From Myxococcota bacterium (lineage in GTDB: Bacteria > Myxococcota_A > SURF-8): a stretch of 64,000 nucleotides of DNA. Position numbers and translations under genes: made by a program. This document shows positions 1 to 8,658 of the stretch, in pieces. Each line of letters starts with the position of its first letter. The stretch's first letter is position 1. Where the stretch lies: contig OZ223209.1 of assembly GCA_965140415.1 (NCBI GenBank), positions 1,408,001 to 1,472,000 of the forward strand. The letters are read 5' to 3'. The notes beneath the pieces are model-generated. The model made no database searches. It was not told the origin of the DNA and was given only the letters and a program-made list of their open reading frames with translations.

Positions 1-1
1 C

Positions 2-1180
2 GTGACCGACGAGCATGGTGGGGACGGAGGCGCTTGCACTCTGGCGCGTGGAAACGGGTAAGGCGGCGGCAATGGCCACTCGTTCGTTTTGCTGGAAAAC
101 GGGAGAGCCGTTCTGCCAGTTCATGACGCCGTTTTCCATGAGATAGCTGGGTAACAGGACCGATCCTTCCATGCGACGCCATATGCTTTGATGCAGGTCG
201 GGATTTTCCGAGCAGTTAAAGGTTTCCCGATCCGCTAGATCGGCAGCGATGCAGGTGGTTTCGTACTCCAAATCACTTGTTGCGGTTTGTTTGCGTACGG
301 CGTCTAGAGCGGCCAGCAGTGGTGCTTCGGCAAAGTCTCTGCTCATGGTGATGAATTCCCAGGCAAGCACAATCGAGCTTTTCTCTACATCGTTTGTTTG
401 CAGGAATTCGAAAAGATCCTCATAGTCGCTGAGCTGGGATTCGATCTGGTTGCTGTCCGTCGGATTGCCGTCTAACAGAGCCTGCATGGCGTGTGGAATC
501 GGTAATGCATCACCCGTGTCGGTTTTAACTTTGTCTGTGACCACCACAGCGTATCGATGACTCCAGCGCAAGGCTTGCTGAGGTCGGATGATCATGCTGC
601 GCTGCTCGTCAATCCAAGTACCGGACGCATCACGCGCGTAGTTGTCCATCTCGGCCCAGACCGGAATCCGTTCGCCCGTTTCCCGGTCGAGAATCTGAAC
701 CGACGAATTCATCGTAACACTTTCGGCGAGAGTATGCAGCGAAGGCAAGCTACTTTCATCGACGTGCACATCGGGGAAAATCGCCAGAATCGGACTAGCT
801 ATGGAGAAGCCGTCGGCAGCGTTGAAGCGTTGCAGGAAGTAGTCCCGGCCTTCCTTTGAACTTACTTCAAAGGGCAGCATTTCGGGAGTCAAGGCGACCC
901 TGTAGCCGGTTGGGGACGTCTGCTCGGTTTGTAGTTGCGCCATCGACGGATAGGGGTACATGCAGACTTCGGAAATCAAGTGGGCGCAACCGGCTTCGGT
1001 GGAAAGAGTGACGATCTCTTTTTCCGTATCCGATTCGCTAGCGTATTCCAACTCGTTATCGCCATCGGTAGCTGTATCCTCCGGGTCGCTTTGACAGGCG
1101 CAAACAACCAGCAGAAAACAAGCTATGATTGACAGCGATAGCAAAGCAGATTTCAATTTTAGGCGCGTATTTTCGTTCAC
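2..1180 (-). CDS. Lipoprotein, probable extracellular lipase/alpha-beta hydrolase-like protein; C-terminus lies beyond the window start
   Basis: Absent from the ORF track because it has no stop in the window. Manual translation from GTG 1180 (GTGA overlap with the upstream gene's stop): MNENTRLKLKSALLSLSIIACFLLVVCACQSDPEDTATDGDNELE...CMYPYPS...FNAADGFS...IIRPQQALRWSHRYAVVVTD...LAWEFIT...PTMLVGH, open to the edge; lipobox-like CAC. Confidence 0.75.
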   Translation of the reverse strand, partial: MNENTRLKLKSALLSLSIIACFLLVVCACQSDPEDTATDGDNELEYASESDTEKEIVTLSTEAGCAHLISEVCMYPYPSMAQLQTEQTSPTGYRVALTPEMLPFEVSSKEGRDYFLQRFNAADGFSIASPILAIFPDVHVDESSLPSLHTLAESVTMNSSVQILDRETGERIPVWAEMDNYARDASGTWIDEQRSMIIRPQQALRWSHRYAVVVTDKVKTDTGDALPIPHAMQALLDGNPTDSNQIESQLSDYEDLFEFLQTNDVEKSSIVLAWEFITMSRDFAEAPLLAALDAVRKQTATSDLEYETTCIAADLADRETFNCSENPDLHQSIWRRMEGSVLLPSYLMENGVMNWQNGSPVFQQNERVAIAAALPVSTRQSASASVPTMLVGH

Positions 1181-2355
1181 GGTTTTACATCCATTCGGTT
1201 TTGCAGATACCACAAGGCATACAGAAACTGGAAATTGCAGCCGGAGCAGTAAAATTCGGGATCTTCGGGGAGCGCCACTCTTCCGTCCATCCAATGGTGC
1301 AGGATGCGGCCTTCTTCCGGCTCATACAGATAATCGCGCACGAACAGTATGATGGATTCGATTTCGGAGAGATACGATGTGTCTTCTGTGATTTCGATCA
1401 GCATCATCAGCGCCAGAATCGTATAGTTCATGCTGGACAGGGTGGTGTAATTGTCGGTGGTGGCCCCCATGTGTTTGGCGCTGTAGGGACTGTGGTAGCG
1501 ATTTCCCTCCGGGTCTTTCAAGTCTTGAATTGCCTGGTAAAGCAACAGGCTGCGGGTTTTGTAAGCTTCCTTTTCCGTCAGCTTATAGGCGATGCAATGG
1601 GAAAGCATCATCATGATATTCGGATAGAGATAGAGAGCTTCCGTGTCCGAGTTGAAGCGATAGTAGTTTCCCATGAAGGCTTTTTCATTGATGGTAACCA
1701 TGATGCCTTCTGCAAAGTCGATCCGCTCCTGCTTGCGTGGCGTGTCGAGCATTTCCGCATAGCGCAGATTGATTAAAACCAGCACACCCGCAATGGTTGT
1801 AGGACCGTAAGTTGACAGCGCATACGAGCCGATATCGAGTTCGATATACGTACCGAAAGAGGTCAGCGTATCGTTGGCGAGATCGAGGAATTCATCGACG
1901 GTGGCCAGCGGTGCGGTGTCTCCGGTGACGTACATGTATTCGATGAGCCCCAGTTCGGCCATCATCAGTTCTTCCAGGTTGTCGATGAAGCCAACGAAGT
2001 CGTCTTTGCTGTCGTTAATGATCGTGATGTTACGATCCTTGACTTCGGTCGCCCGAGCGATGTAATCCTCCCTGGATTCGCTGGTACCGGCATTGATGTA
2101 GTAGGCCAGACCGTAATAGGCGGCATCTCCGAAATCCAGAGTCCAGTCTCCGGATTCGATCGGATAGGACCAGGCGCTATCCCGCAGTTCCATATAGAAG
2201 GCTTCGATTTCCGAGGGTTGGTAATCCTCGGATTCATTTTCGACGTCTCCATCGGGCAGGCTTATCGTATCGTCAGAACTCGAACAGGAAAAGACCAACA
2301 TGATTGTGCATGGAATCAGCCAGCAAATGAAAACTTTTGAAAGCGACAAAAACAT
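1177..2355 (-). CDS. Lipoprotein, predicted six-hairpin (alpha/alpha)6 glycosidase-like fold (GH76/AGE-like)
   Basis: ORF 1177..2412; likelier ATG at 2355 with GGAG RBS; lipobox VFSC, acidic linker, helical repeats (LAYYINAG, LMMLIEITEDTSY). Family assignment tentative. Confidence 0.6.
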   Translation of the reverse strand: MFLSLSKVFICWLIPCTIMLVFSCSSSDDTISLPDGDVENESEDYQPSEIEAFYMELRDSAWSYPIESGDWTLDFGDAAYYGLAYYINAGTSESREDYIARATEVKDRNITIINDSKDDFVGFIDNLEELMMAELGLIEYMYVTGDTAPLATVDEFLDLANDTLTSFGTYIELDIGSYALSTYGPTTIAGVLVLINLRYAEMLDTPRKQERIDFAEGIMVTINEKAFMGNYYRFNSDTEALYLYPNIMMMLSHCIAYKLTEKEAYKTRSLLLYQAIQDLKDPEGNRYHSPYSAKHMGATTDNYTTLSSMNYTILALMMLIEITEDTSYLSEIESIILFVRDYLYEPEEGRILHHWMDGRVALPEDPEFYCSGCNFQFLYALWYLQNRMDVKP

Positions 2356-2386
2356 GCTCTTTCTCCATTTTCCTAGGCGATTGCAA

Positions 2387-3208
2387 TCACTCATCCTTTT
2401 CTTTGAGATCACCGATCATTTTCATGCCACGTCTGGCTCCCCACAGTCGAACCGACAGGGGAATCCATTTTAAGAACCAGATTCCAAGCGCGTTCATAAA
2501 ACCCGTGATAATCGTACGGCGCCTGGTTGCCATGGCGTTCAGGGCGATTTCAGCAACCCGCTGCGAAGGCATCATGGCGAGTGATACGGCGGATGAAAGC
2601 CGATATCCGGCAGTGGACCAGAACTCGGATTCCGTAGCACCTGGATGCACCACGGTGACGTTCACCCCTGTACCCTGTAGTTCGCAGCCGAGGGCCTGTC
2701 CGAAACTGGTGACAAACGCCTTGGACGCGCCGTAGGCGGCGAAGCCGGGCATCGGTGAATAGGCGACACCGGAGGAGATCAGTAGCACGTCGCCAGAGCT
2801 GTTTCGAATCATACTGGGAAGGAGAAGGTGAGTCAGCACGGTGAGCGTCATCACGTTCAGTTGAAGCATGGCCTGGATGCGCGGCCAGTCGCAGTCTATG
2901 AAATCGCCGCCGATTCCCACTCCCGCATTGTTGACCAGCAGATCCACGCTTTTCTCAAGCGTTTCGATTCGTTCGACAAGGCGCTCGGCTGCGTCGTAGT
3001 CGGCCAGATCCGCAGCAAGCACATGAATTTGAATGCCATGCTTTTCCGCAAGATCGTTTGCGAGCTTCGTCAGCAGTTCTTCGCGCCTGGCGACCAGAAT
3101 CAGGTTACAGCCCGCAGCGGCGAGCAGGCAGGTCATATCCAGTCCAATACCCGAACTGGCCCCTGTAACCAGAGCGGTTTTACCTTTCCACTTCGCAAGA
3201 CGGTCCAT
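2387..3208 (-). CDS. Short-chain dehydrogenase/reductase (SDR)
   Basis: TGASSGIG Rossmann motif, NNAG, YGASK catalytic YxxxK. Confidence 0.95.
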   Translation of the reverse strand: MDRLAKWKGKTALVTGASSGIGLDMTCLLAAAGCNLILVARREELLTKLANDLAEKHGIQIHVLAADLADYDAAERLVERIETLEKSVDLLVNNAGVGIGGDFIDCDWPRIQAMLQLNVMTLTVLTHLLLPSMIRNSSGDVLLISSGVAYSPMPGFAAYGASKAFVTSFGQALGCELQGTGVNVTVVHPGATESEFWSTAGYRLSSAVSLAMMPSQRVAEIALNAMATRRRTIITGFMNALGIWFLKWIPLSVRLWGARRGMKMIGDLKEKDE

Positions 3209-3409
3209 CTGCGGCCTCCAGTGCTAGTGGGTATCGATTTCGATATTGCGGCTGTTCAATACACGGATCATACCGCAAACTCAGCCGTTTACAAGAAAAT
3301 TCCCAAGCAGTTCCAAATTGCTGCAAAGAATAGTAATCTTACAAGTGCTGTTATGGAATGGGTTGATGGGAGATGTTTTTGGGAAAACACACTTAGACCC
3401 TATAAGGTT

Positions 3410-4378
3410 TCACGGTGTGGCGTGGGGCGAGGCGGGGGCGAGTGTTTTCCCGACGAAGTCCTTTATCAGCGATACCAGCTTTTTCGGCGATTCGAGTTGC
3501 GGCATGTGGCCGACGCGATCCAAAACCACCATGCTTGAATTGGGGATGTTCTTTTGCAGTGACTCCCCGGCGGCAAGTGGAATCCAGTGGTCCTGTTTGC
3601 CCCACACAATCAGAGTCGGTGCGGAAATGCTAGTGATTCGTTTCCAGGGAACCGGCTCGCTTTTGATTTCGATGAGCTGCCGAATCATGAAGGATCTTGC
3701 ACCGGAGGTATTCAAGGGCAGGTAGCGTTCTTCCGCTTCCTGATCGGTAACGACGGAAGCCTGGTGTACCGCCGATTTCAAGGCGAGGCGATGAACGAAG
3801 CGTCCCAGCGCCTGGGCGGCCAGATCGTTGATGGCGTCGACGGAGAGCAGTTTGATCACCCAACCCGAACGGTTGATATCCATCGGCACTGCCGCATCGA
3901 TGGGAATCAGCGCGATTACACGCTTGGGGTAGGTCGCCGCAAATTGCAGCGAAGCGCCGCCACCCATCGAATTCCCAGCGATGACGGCCTGCTCGATACC
4001 CAGTTCATCGAGCGTGGCGGCCAGGACATCCGCCATTTCCGAAAAGGGGACGGCTTCTGCCGGTTTGGACGAATACCCGAAGCCCGGCCAGTCCAGGGCA
4101 ATTACTCGGTAATGTTCGGCGAGCGGGGGGATCACGTGGCGCCATGTAAAGCTGGAATCGCACCAGCCGTGCAGTAATACGATCGGTGTGCCCTTTCCTT
4201 GATCCAACACTCGCACGTGATGACCGTTGACGTTTAACGTTTTAGAGACAGAAACGGTGTCCACGAGCCATTGGCTGGTGGTCGGATCGGTTTCCGAGAT
4301 GCCGCGATCGTTCAGCCATAAGGCGATCAGCAGAAGCGGTAAGGCGAAAAAGAGGACTTTTTTCATGGCGGTTCCCAT
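3410..4378 (-). CDS. Alpha/beta fold hydrolase with N-terminal membrane/signal anchor
   Basis: LLHGW, DWPGFGYS, nucleophile elbow GNSMGG, WGKQD, GHMPQLE. Confidence 0.92.
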   Translation of the reverse strand: MGTAMKKVLFFALPLLLIALWLNDRGISETDPTTSQWLVDTVSVSKTLNVNGHHVRVLDQGKGTPIVLLHGWCDSSFTWRHVIPPLAEHYRVIALDWPGFGYSSKPAEAVPFSEMADVLAATLDELGIEQAVIAGNSMGGGASLQFAATYPKRVIALIPIDAAVPMDINRSGWVIKLLSVDAINDLAAQALGRFVHRLALKSAVHQASVVTDQEAEERYLPLNTSGARSFMIRQLIEIKSEPVPWKRITSISAPTLIVWGKQDHWIPLAAGESLQKNIPNSSMVVLDRVGHMPQLESPKKLVSLIKDFVGKTLAPASPHATP

Positions 4379-4597
4379 CCGATTGATAGGTTGAATGGCT
4401 AAACTACGGAAACTCGGTCGAAAACAGCAGGATGACGATATAAAGGTTATGTTTAGTTATAGTGCGAAAGGGGACTGCTTTGTCAAAGAGTTTCTATCAA
4501 CAGGGAATTAATCCGAATTACTTGCGAAACTCGGCAGTTTACTTATACTGGTAAAACTGACCGCACCGCTTCGTTGTTTTGTTTGATTGGCGAGGAT

Positions 4598-6115
4598 ATG
4601 CAGAATTACCTAACCCCACTTCGGGTGGGAGTCGTGCTGATTATCGGCATTGCGGCTTTCATCTGGTATGTGTTCGAGACATCGGACAGCCCCATTACGC
4701 GCGGCGACGGCTACCGTGTGCAGGCGGTTTTCAACGATGCCATGGGGTTGGTGCGAAAATCCCGCGTGGTGATTGCGGGCATCTCGGTCGGAGAAATCGA
4801 GAACATCGAACTGGAAGGCGGACGGGCGCGGGTGCATTTGAAGATACATAAGAGCATCGTGCTGCACCAGGATGCTTCGATCCGAAAAATCCCCGAATCG
4901 ATTTTAGGCACCAGCCTGCTGGAACTTTCGGCGGGCAATCCCAACCTGCCACCGTTAAAGGATGGCGATGAAATCACGCGCATCGTAGCCAGCACCGGAA
5001 TGGACGATCTGATGGCGCGCATGGGCGATATTACCAATAACGTGCGTGATATCACCGATGTGGCGCGTGGCATGATGGAAGCCAAAGATCCCGATCAAGG
5101 CTCGGTGCGGGGCATGGTAGACGATCTTTCGCGCATTATTGCCGTACTGGCTGGGACAATCGAGCAGAACAACCAGAATATCACGCGCATCCTGCAAAAT
5201 TCGGAGCGCATCAGCGAGCAGGTCGTCGGCTTGACCTCCGAAAGCCGGGGTGAAGTGCGCGACATCCTGCGGGAAATCAGTTCGATCACCAAAACCGCGC
5301 GGGAATTGACCGATAACAATCGCGGTAAAGTGGATGAGACGATGCAGCGCTTGACCACAGTAATGGAAAAACTGGAAAACAACCTGGATCGCTTGCAGGA
5401 TACCTTGGGGCATACCGCCAGCATCGCCAAAAAAATCGACGAAGGCGAGGGCGCGGTAGGTACGCTGATCAACGACGAACAGGTGGCCGAGGACATTCGC
5501 ACCATTACCGGAAAAGCCAGCGATTACGTTCGCAAGCTGGATCAACTGAAAACGGCCTTCCACATTCAGAGCGATTTCTACCCGCGTGCGATGTCCTTCA
5601 AGACGGCTGCTTCATTACGCCTGATTCCGCGAAAAGACAAGTACTACATGATCGGCATCGTCGACGATCACAAGGGGCGCACGACTCGCAGCCAGACCAT
5701 CATCATGACCAGTAATTCGGAGGACGATGCCTTTATCCGCGAGGAGCGCATCAAAACCAGTTACGATATCAAATTCGATCTGCAATACGCCCAGCGTTTC
5801 AAATTCGCCACGCTACGTTTCGGTATCATCGAAAGCACCGGTGGGCTGGGACTAGACTTTCAGTTCTTCGACGACCGCCTGATTATCCGCAACGACGTGT
5901 ACGAGTTCACCTCCGGCGAAACCTATCCTCGCTGGAAAACCCAGCTGAACATCCGGCTTTGGAAAGGGATTTTCATTTCCGGCGGCGTGGATGATGTCAT
6001 CAACAACAACACGCGCGACTATTTCGTGGGAGCGGGAATTCTCTTTTACGACGAAGACCTCATCACGCTCTTCGCGTCCGGCGCAGGTGGTGCGGCGGGA
6101 GCAGTGGCGCGCTAG
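4598..6115 (+). CDS. MlaD/MCE family protein with long helical region and C-terminal beta-rich domain
   Basis: N-terminal TM, MCE motif FNDAMGLVRKSRVVIAGISVGEIENI...ESILG, GEGAVGTLIND; ATG 4598 after GAGG. Confidence 0.9.
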   Translation: MQNYLTPLRVGVVLIIGIAAFIWYVFETSDSPITRGDGYRVQAVFNDAMGLVRKSRVVIAGISVGEIENIELEGGRARVHLKIHKSIVLHQDASIRKIPESILGTSLLELSAGNPNLPPLKDGDEITRIVASTGMDDLMARMGDITNNVRDITDVARGMMEAKDPDQGSVRGMVDDLSRIIAVLAGTIEQNNQNITRILQNSERISEQVVGLTSESRGEVRDILREISSITKTARELTDNNRGKVDETMQRLTTVMEKLENNLDRLQDTLGHTASIAKKIDEGEGAVGTLINDEQVAEDIRTITGKASDYVRKLDQLKTAFHIQSDFYPRAMSFKTAASLRLIPRKDKYYMIGIVDDHKGRTTRSQTIIMTSNSEDDAFIREERIKTSYDIKFDLQYAQRFKFATLRFGIIESTGGLGLDFQFFDDRLIIRNDVYEFTSGETYPRWKTQLNIRLWKGIFISGGVDDVINNNTRDYFVGAGILFYDEDLITLFASGAGGAAGAVAR

Positions 6116-6190
6116 GGTGGACTAGACGCTTCCCCGCCAACCTTTCCTAATATCGTAACCCGTGAAAAAGACACGAAAGAGATAGAGTTC

Positions 6191-6880
6191 ATGCGCGCCC
6201 ATTATCTGCAACATGTGCCTTTCGAAGGACTAGGCAGTATCGAGAATTGGTTGCGGCAGGCTGGGTATGACATAAGCTGCACTCGTTTCTACGAATCCGA
6301 ACCGTTACCTCCCGTTTCGGACGTGGATCTTCTAGTCGTCATGGGTGGTCCCATGAGTGTTCACGACGAAGACCGTTATCCCTGGCTCGTTTTAGAAAAG
6401 GCATTTATAAAAGCGTTTATCGACTCCGGCAAACCTGTGCTGGGAGTTTGCCTGGGAGCGCAGCTCATTGCGACCGTCGCGGGTGGTTCGGTAAAGACCA
6501 ATAAAGAAAAGGAAATCGGTTGGTTTCCCATTCGCTCAGTGGTTCGTTCCGAAGAAGATGACTTCGTTTTTCCGGAAAATGTGGAGGTTTTTCACTGGCA
6601 TGGTGAAACCTTCGATCTGCCGCCGGGAGCGAAACGACTGGCTGAAAGCGTGGCTTGTAAAAATCAGGCGTTCCAACTCGGATCGTCCGTGATTGGTCTG
6701 CAATTTCACTTGGAAAGCACGCCGAATTCGGTGAAGCAGCTAGTATCCAATTGCCGGGACGAATTGGTCTTCGCTCCCTTCGTTCAAAGCGAGGAAGAGA
6801 TTCTATCAAAGGCAAAGGCGGATTATGCTGCCATCAATCGATTGATGGGAGATGTCCTTTCGTTTCTGTTGCGGGGGTAG
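6191..6880 (+). CDS. Class I glutamine amidotransferase-like protein
   Basis: LQHVPFEG, GGPMSV, GVCLGAQ (catalytic Cys), WHGE, QFHLE. Confidence 0.93.
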   Translation: MRAHYLQHVPFEGLGSIENWLRQAGYDISCTRFYESEPLPPVSDVDLLVVMGGPMSVHDEDRYPWLVLEKAFIKAFIDSGKPVLGVCLGAQLIATVAGGSVKTNKEKEIGWFPIRSVVRSEEDDFVFPENVEVFHWHGETFDLPPGAKRLAESVACKNQAFQLGSSVIGLQFHLESTPNSVKQLVSNCRDELVFAPFVQSEEEILSKAKADYAAINRLMGDVLSFLLRG

Positions 6881-7033
6881 CTCTTAACGAGGGATGCATC
6901 TCCGTTATATCGTGATTCCCACACGTAGCCTTATTTTTCGTACACACTATAGTTGGACAAAATTCCCGTTCTTGAGTAGGATAGGCGCACGTTTTTCTCG
7001 ATCGATTCCAACAACGATACACAAGCAGATTGT

Positions 7034-8548
7034 ATGACCAAACGAACCCGCTCGACATCGGCAGACGGCCAAGCCTATATTCTGCCTTTAACTCCCGCTC
7101 ATTTAGTGGGATTGGGGGCGTTTCAACTGGCGATCCCTCTGGCGTTCTGGCAGCCTTGGCTGGCGGCGATTCCACTGGCGATCTTCGTGCTGCTTTGCCT
7201 GATTGCGCCTTTCTGCTGGCGCATCCCCTTTTTCCTGCCCGTGATTTTTCACGGTCCCCGAGATCGTCGCCGAGTGGCGCTGACGTTTGATGACGGTCCC
7301 GACCCGGCAACGACGATTCGCTTATTGGAGTTGCTGCGCGAGCAGAAGATCCGTGCCTGCTTCTTTTTAGTCGGCGAGCGTATCAAGGAAAATCCGCAAC
7401 TGGTGCGAGCCATTCTGGCGGACGGGCACGAGATCGGCAATCACAGCCAGCGGCACGATCCGTTGTTGATGCTGAGGAAAACGGCTACCCTGAGGCAGGA
7501 TATCGACGCCTGCCAGGCAGAGTTACAGGCTTTGGGTGTTCGGGCGCTTGCGTTTCGACCCCCTATCGGCATCGTAAACCCGCGCCTCTGGCGTCTGTTG
7601 TTGCAACGCGGGCTCTTCTGTGTGAACTTCAGCCGCCGCGCACTGGATTTCGGCAATCGCCGCATGGCAGGGTGTGCAAGGAAGATCATCAAAGGGGTGC
7701 GCTCGGGCGATATCATTATGATGCATGACCGCCTGCCAAGTAGAGAGCAGGATATCGAGGCATGGTTGCTGGAGGTGTCTACCGTGATTCATGGCGTTCA
7801 GGCGCGAGGACTGCGATTTGAGCCGTTGTCTGCCGTGATCGGTCGTCCTGTATGTATGCCGGAACGTGAAAACGCGAGGGTGGGTGCGGTGACCGGTTTT
7901 TACGATGCCCTGGCCAAGCAATACGATACCGAGCAGCGCCGCGCCTCGCATGCGCTGATGCGCCGCCTGGAGCGCCGACAGGTTGAACGAAACCTGTATC
8001 CGAGCCTGGATTCATCCGATTGTGTGCTGGAAATTGGTGCTGGGACGGGACGGTTTTCCATTCCGCTGGCTCAGCAGACTTCGCAGGTGACAGCCCTGGA
8101 TATTTCGTCGTTGATGTTGGCGCGGTTGAAGGAGAAAGCCGAAGCGGAGAATCTTTCAAATCTGCAACTGGTTGAAGGGGATTATACAAGCATTAGAGAA
8201 CAAGAGCGCTATAACTGTGTTTGCAGCTTTTCCGCATTGGAATATATTCCGGATTTGGAACCGTTCTTTAAACAAGCCTGTTCCTGTTTGCAACCAGGGG
8301 GCATCTTGTATTTCACGACCGCTCATCGAAGCTTTTTCCGATTCTGGACGCAGGTTGGGAATGCATTGCGACAGGGGATCTGGTTGTGCGCGCGCAGCAA
8401 ACGCAAGCTGAAACGACAACTGAAAGCTGCCGGATTCGAAGTTGAAATCATGCAGGATCTCGGTTTGAAGTCGCTTTTCAGCAGCGGAATGCTTGTGGAA
8501 GTACGGGCAAGAAAGCCGGAAGAGAAGAACGAGGCACATCGGTTATAA
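7034..8548 (+). CDS. Fusion: membrane-anchored polysaccharide deacetylase (CE4/NodB) + class I SAM-dependent methyltransferase
   Basis: N-terminal hydrophobic helices; TFDDGP, GNHSQRH, FRPPIG, IIMMHD; then VLEIGAGTG, ALDISSLML, LQPGGILYF. Confidence 0.88.
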   Translation: MTKRTRSTSADGQAYILPLTPAHLVGLGAFQLAIPLAFWQPWLAAIPLAIFVLLCLIAPFCWRIPFFLPVIFHGPRDRRRVALTFDDGPDPATTIRLLELLREQKIRACFFLVGERIKENPQLVRAILADGHEIGNHSQRHDPLLMLRKTATLRQDIDACQAELQALGVRALAFRPPIGIVNPRLWRLLLQRGLFCVNFSRRALDFGNRRMAGCARKIIKGVRSGDIIMMHDRLPSREQDIEAWLLEVSTVIHGVQARGLRFEPLSAVIGRPVCMPERENARVGAVTGFYDALAKQYDTEQRRASHALMRRLERRQVERNLYPSLDSSDCVLEIGAGTGRFSIPLAQQTSQVTALDISSLMLARLKEKAEAENLSNLQLVEGDYTSIREQERYNCVCSFSALEYIPDLEPFFKQACSCLQPGGILYFTTAHRSFFRFWTQVGNALRQGIWLCARSKRKLKRQLKAAGFEVEIMQDLGLKSLFSSGMLVEVRARKPEEKNEAHRL

Positions 8549-8658
8549 CTTTCCAGAATCATACTGAACCGCTTTTGTTTGACAGCATTCGTTGTTTAAT
8601 CGTATCATAAAAGCAATCGCCTATCTGGACTCGGGACCATTCCATTCATGGGGAACGT

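Noticed and set aside
557-1776. Small plus-strand ORFs at the window start
   Set aside because: They overlap the two minus-strand lipoprotein genes, which have signal peptides and coupled start/stop codons.
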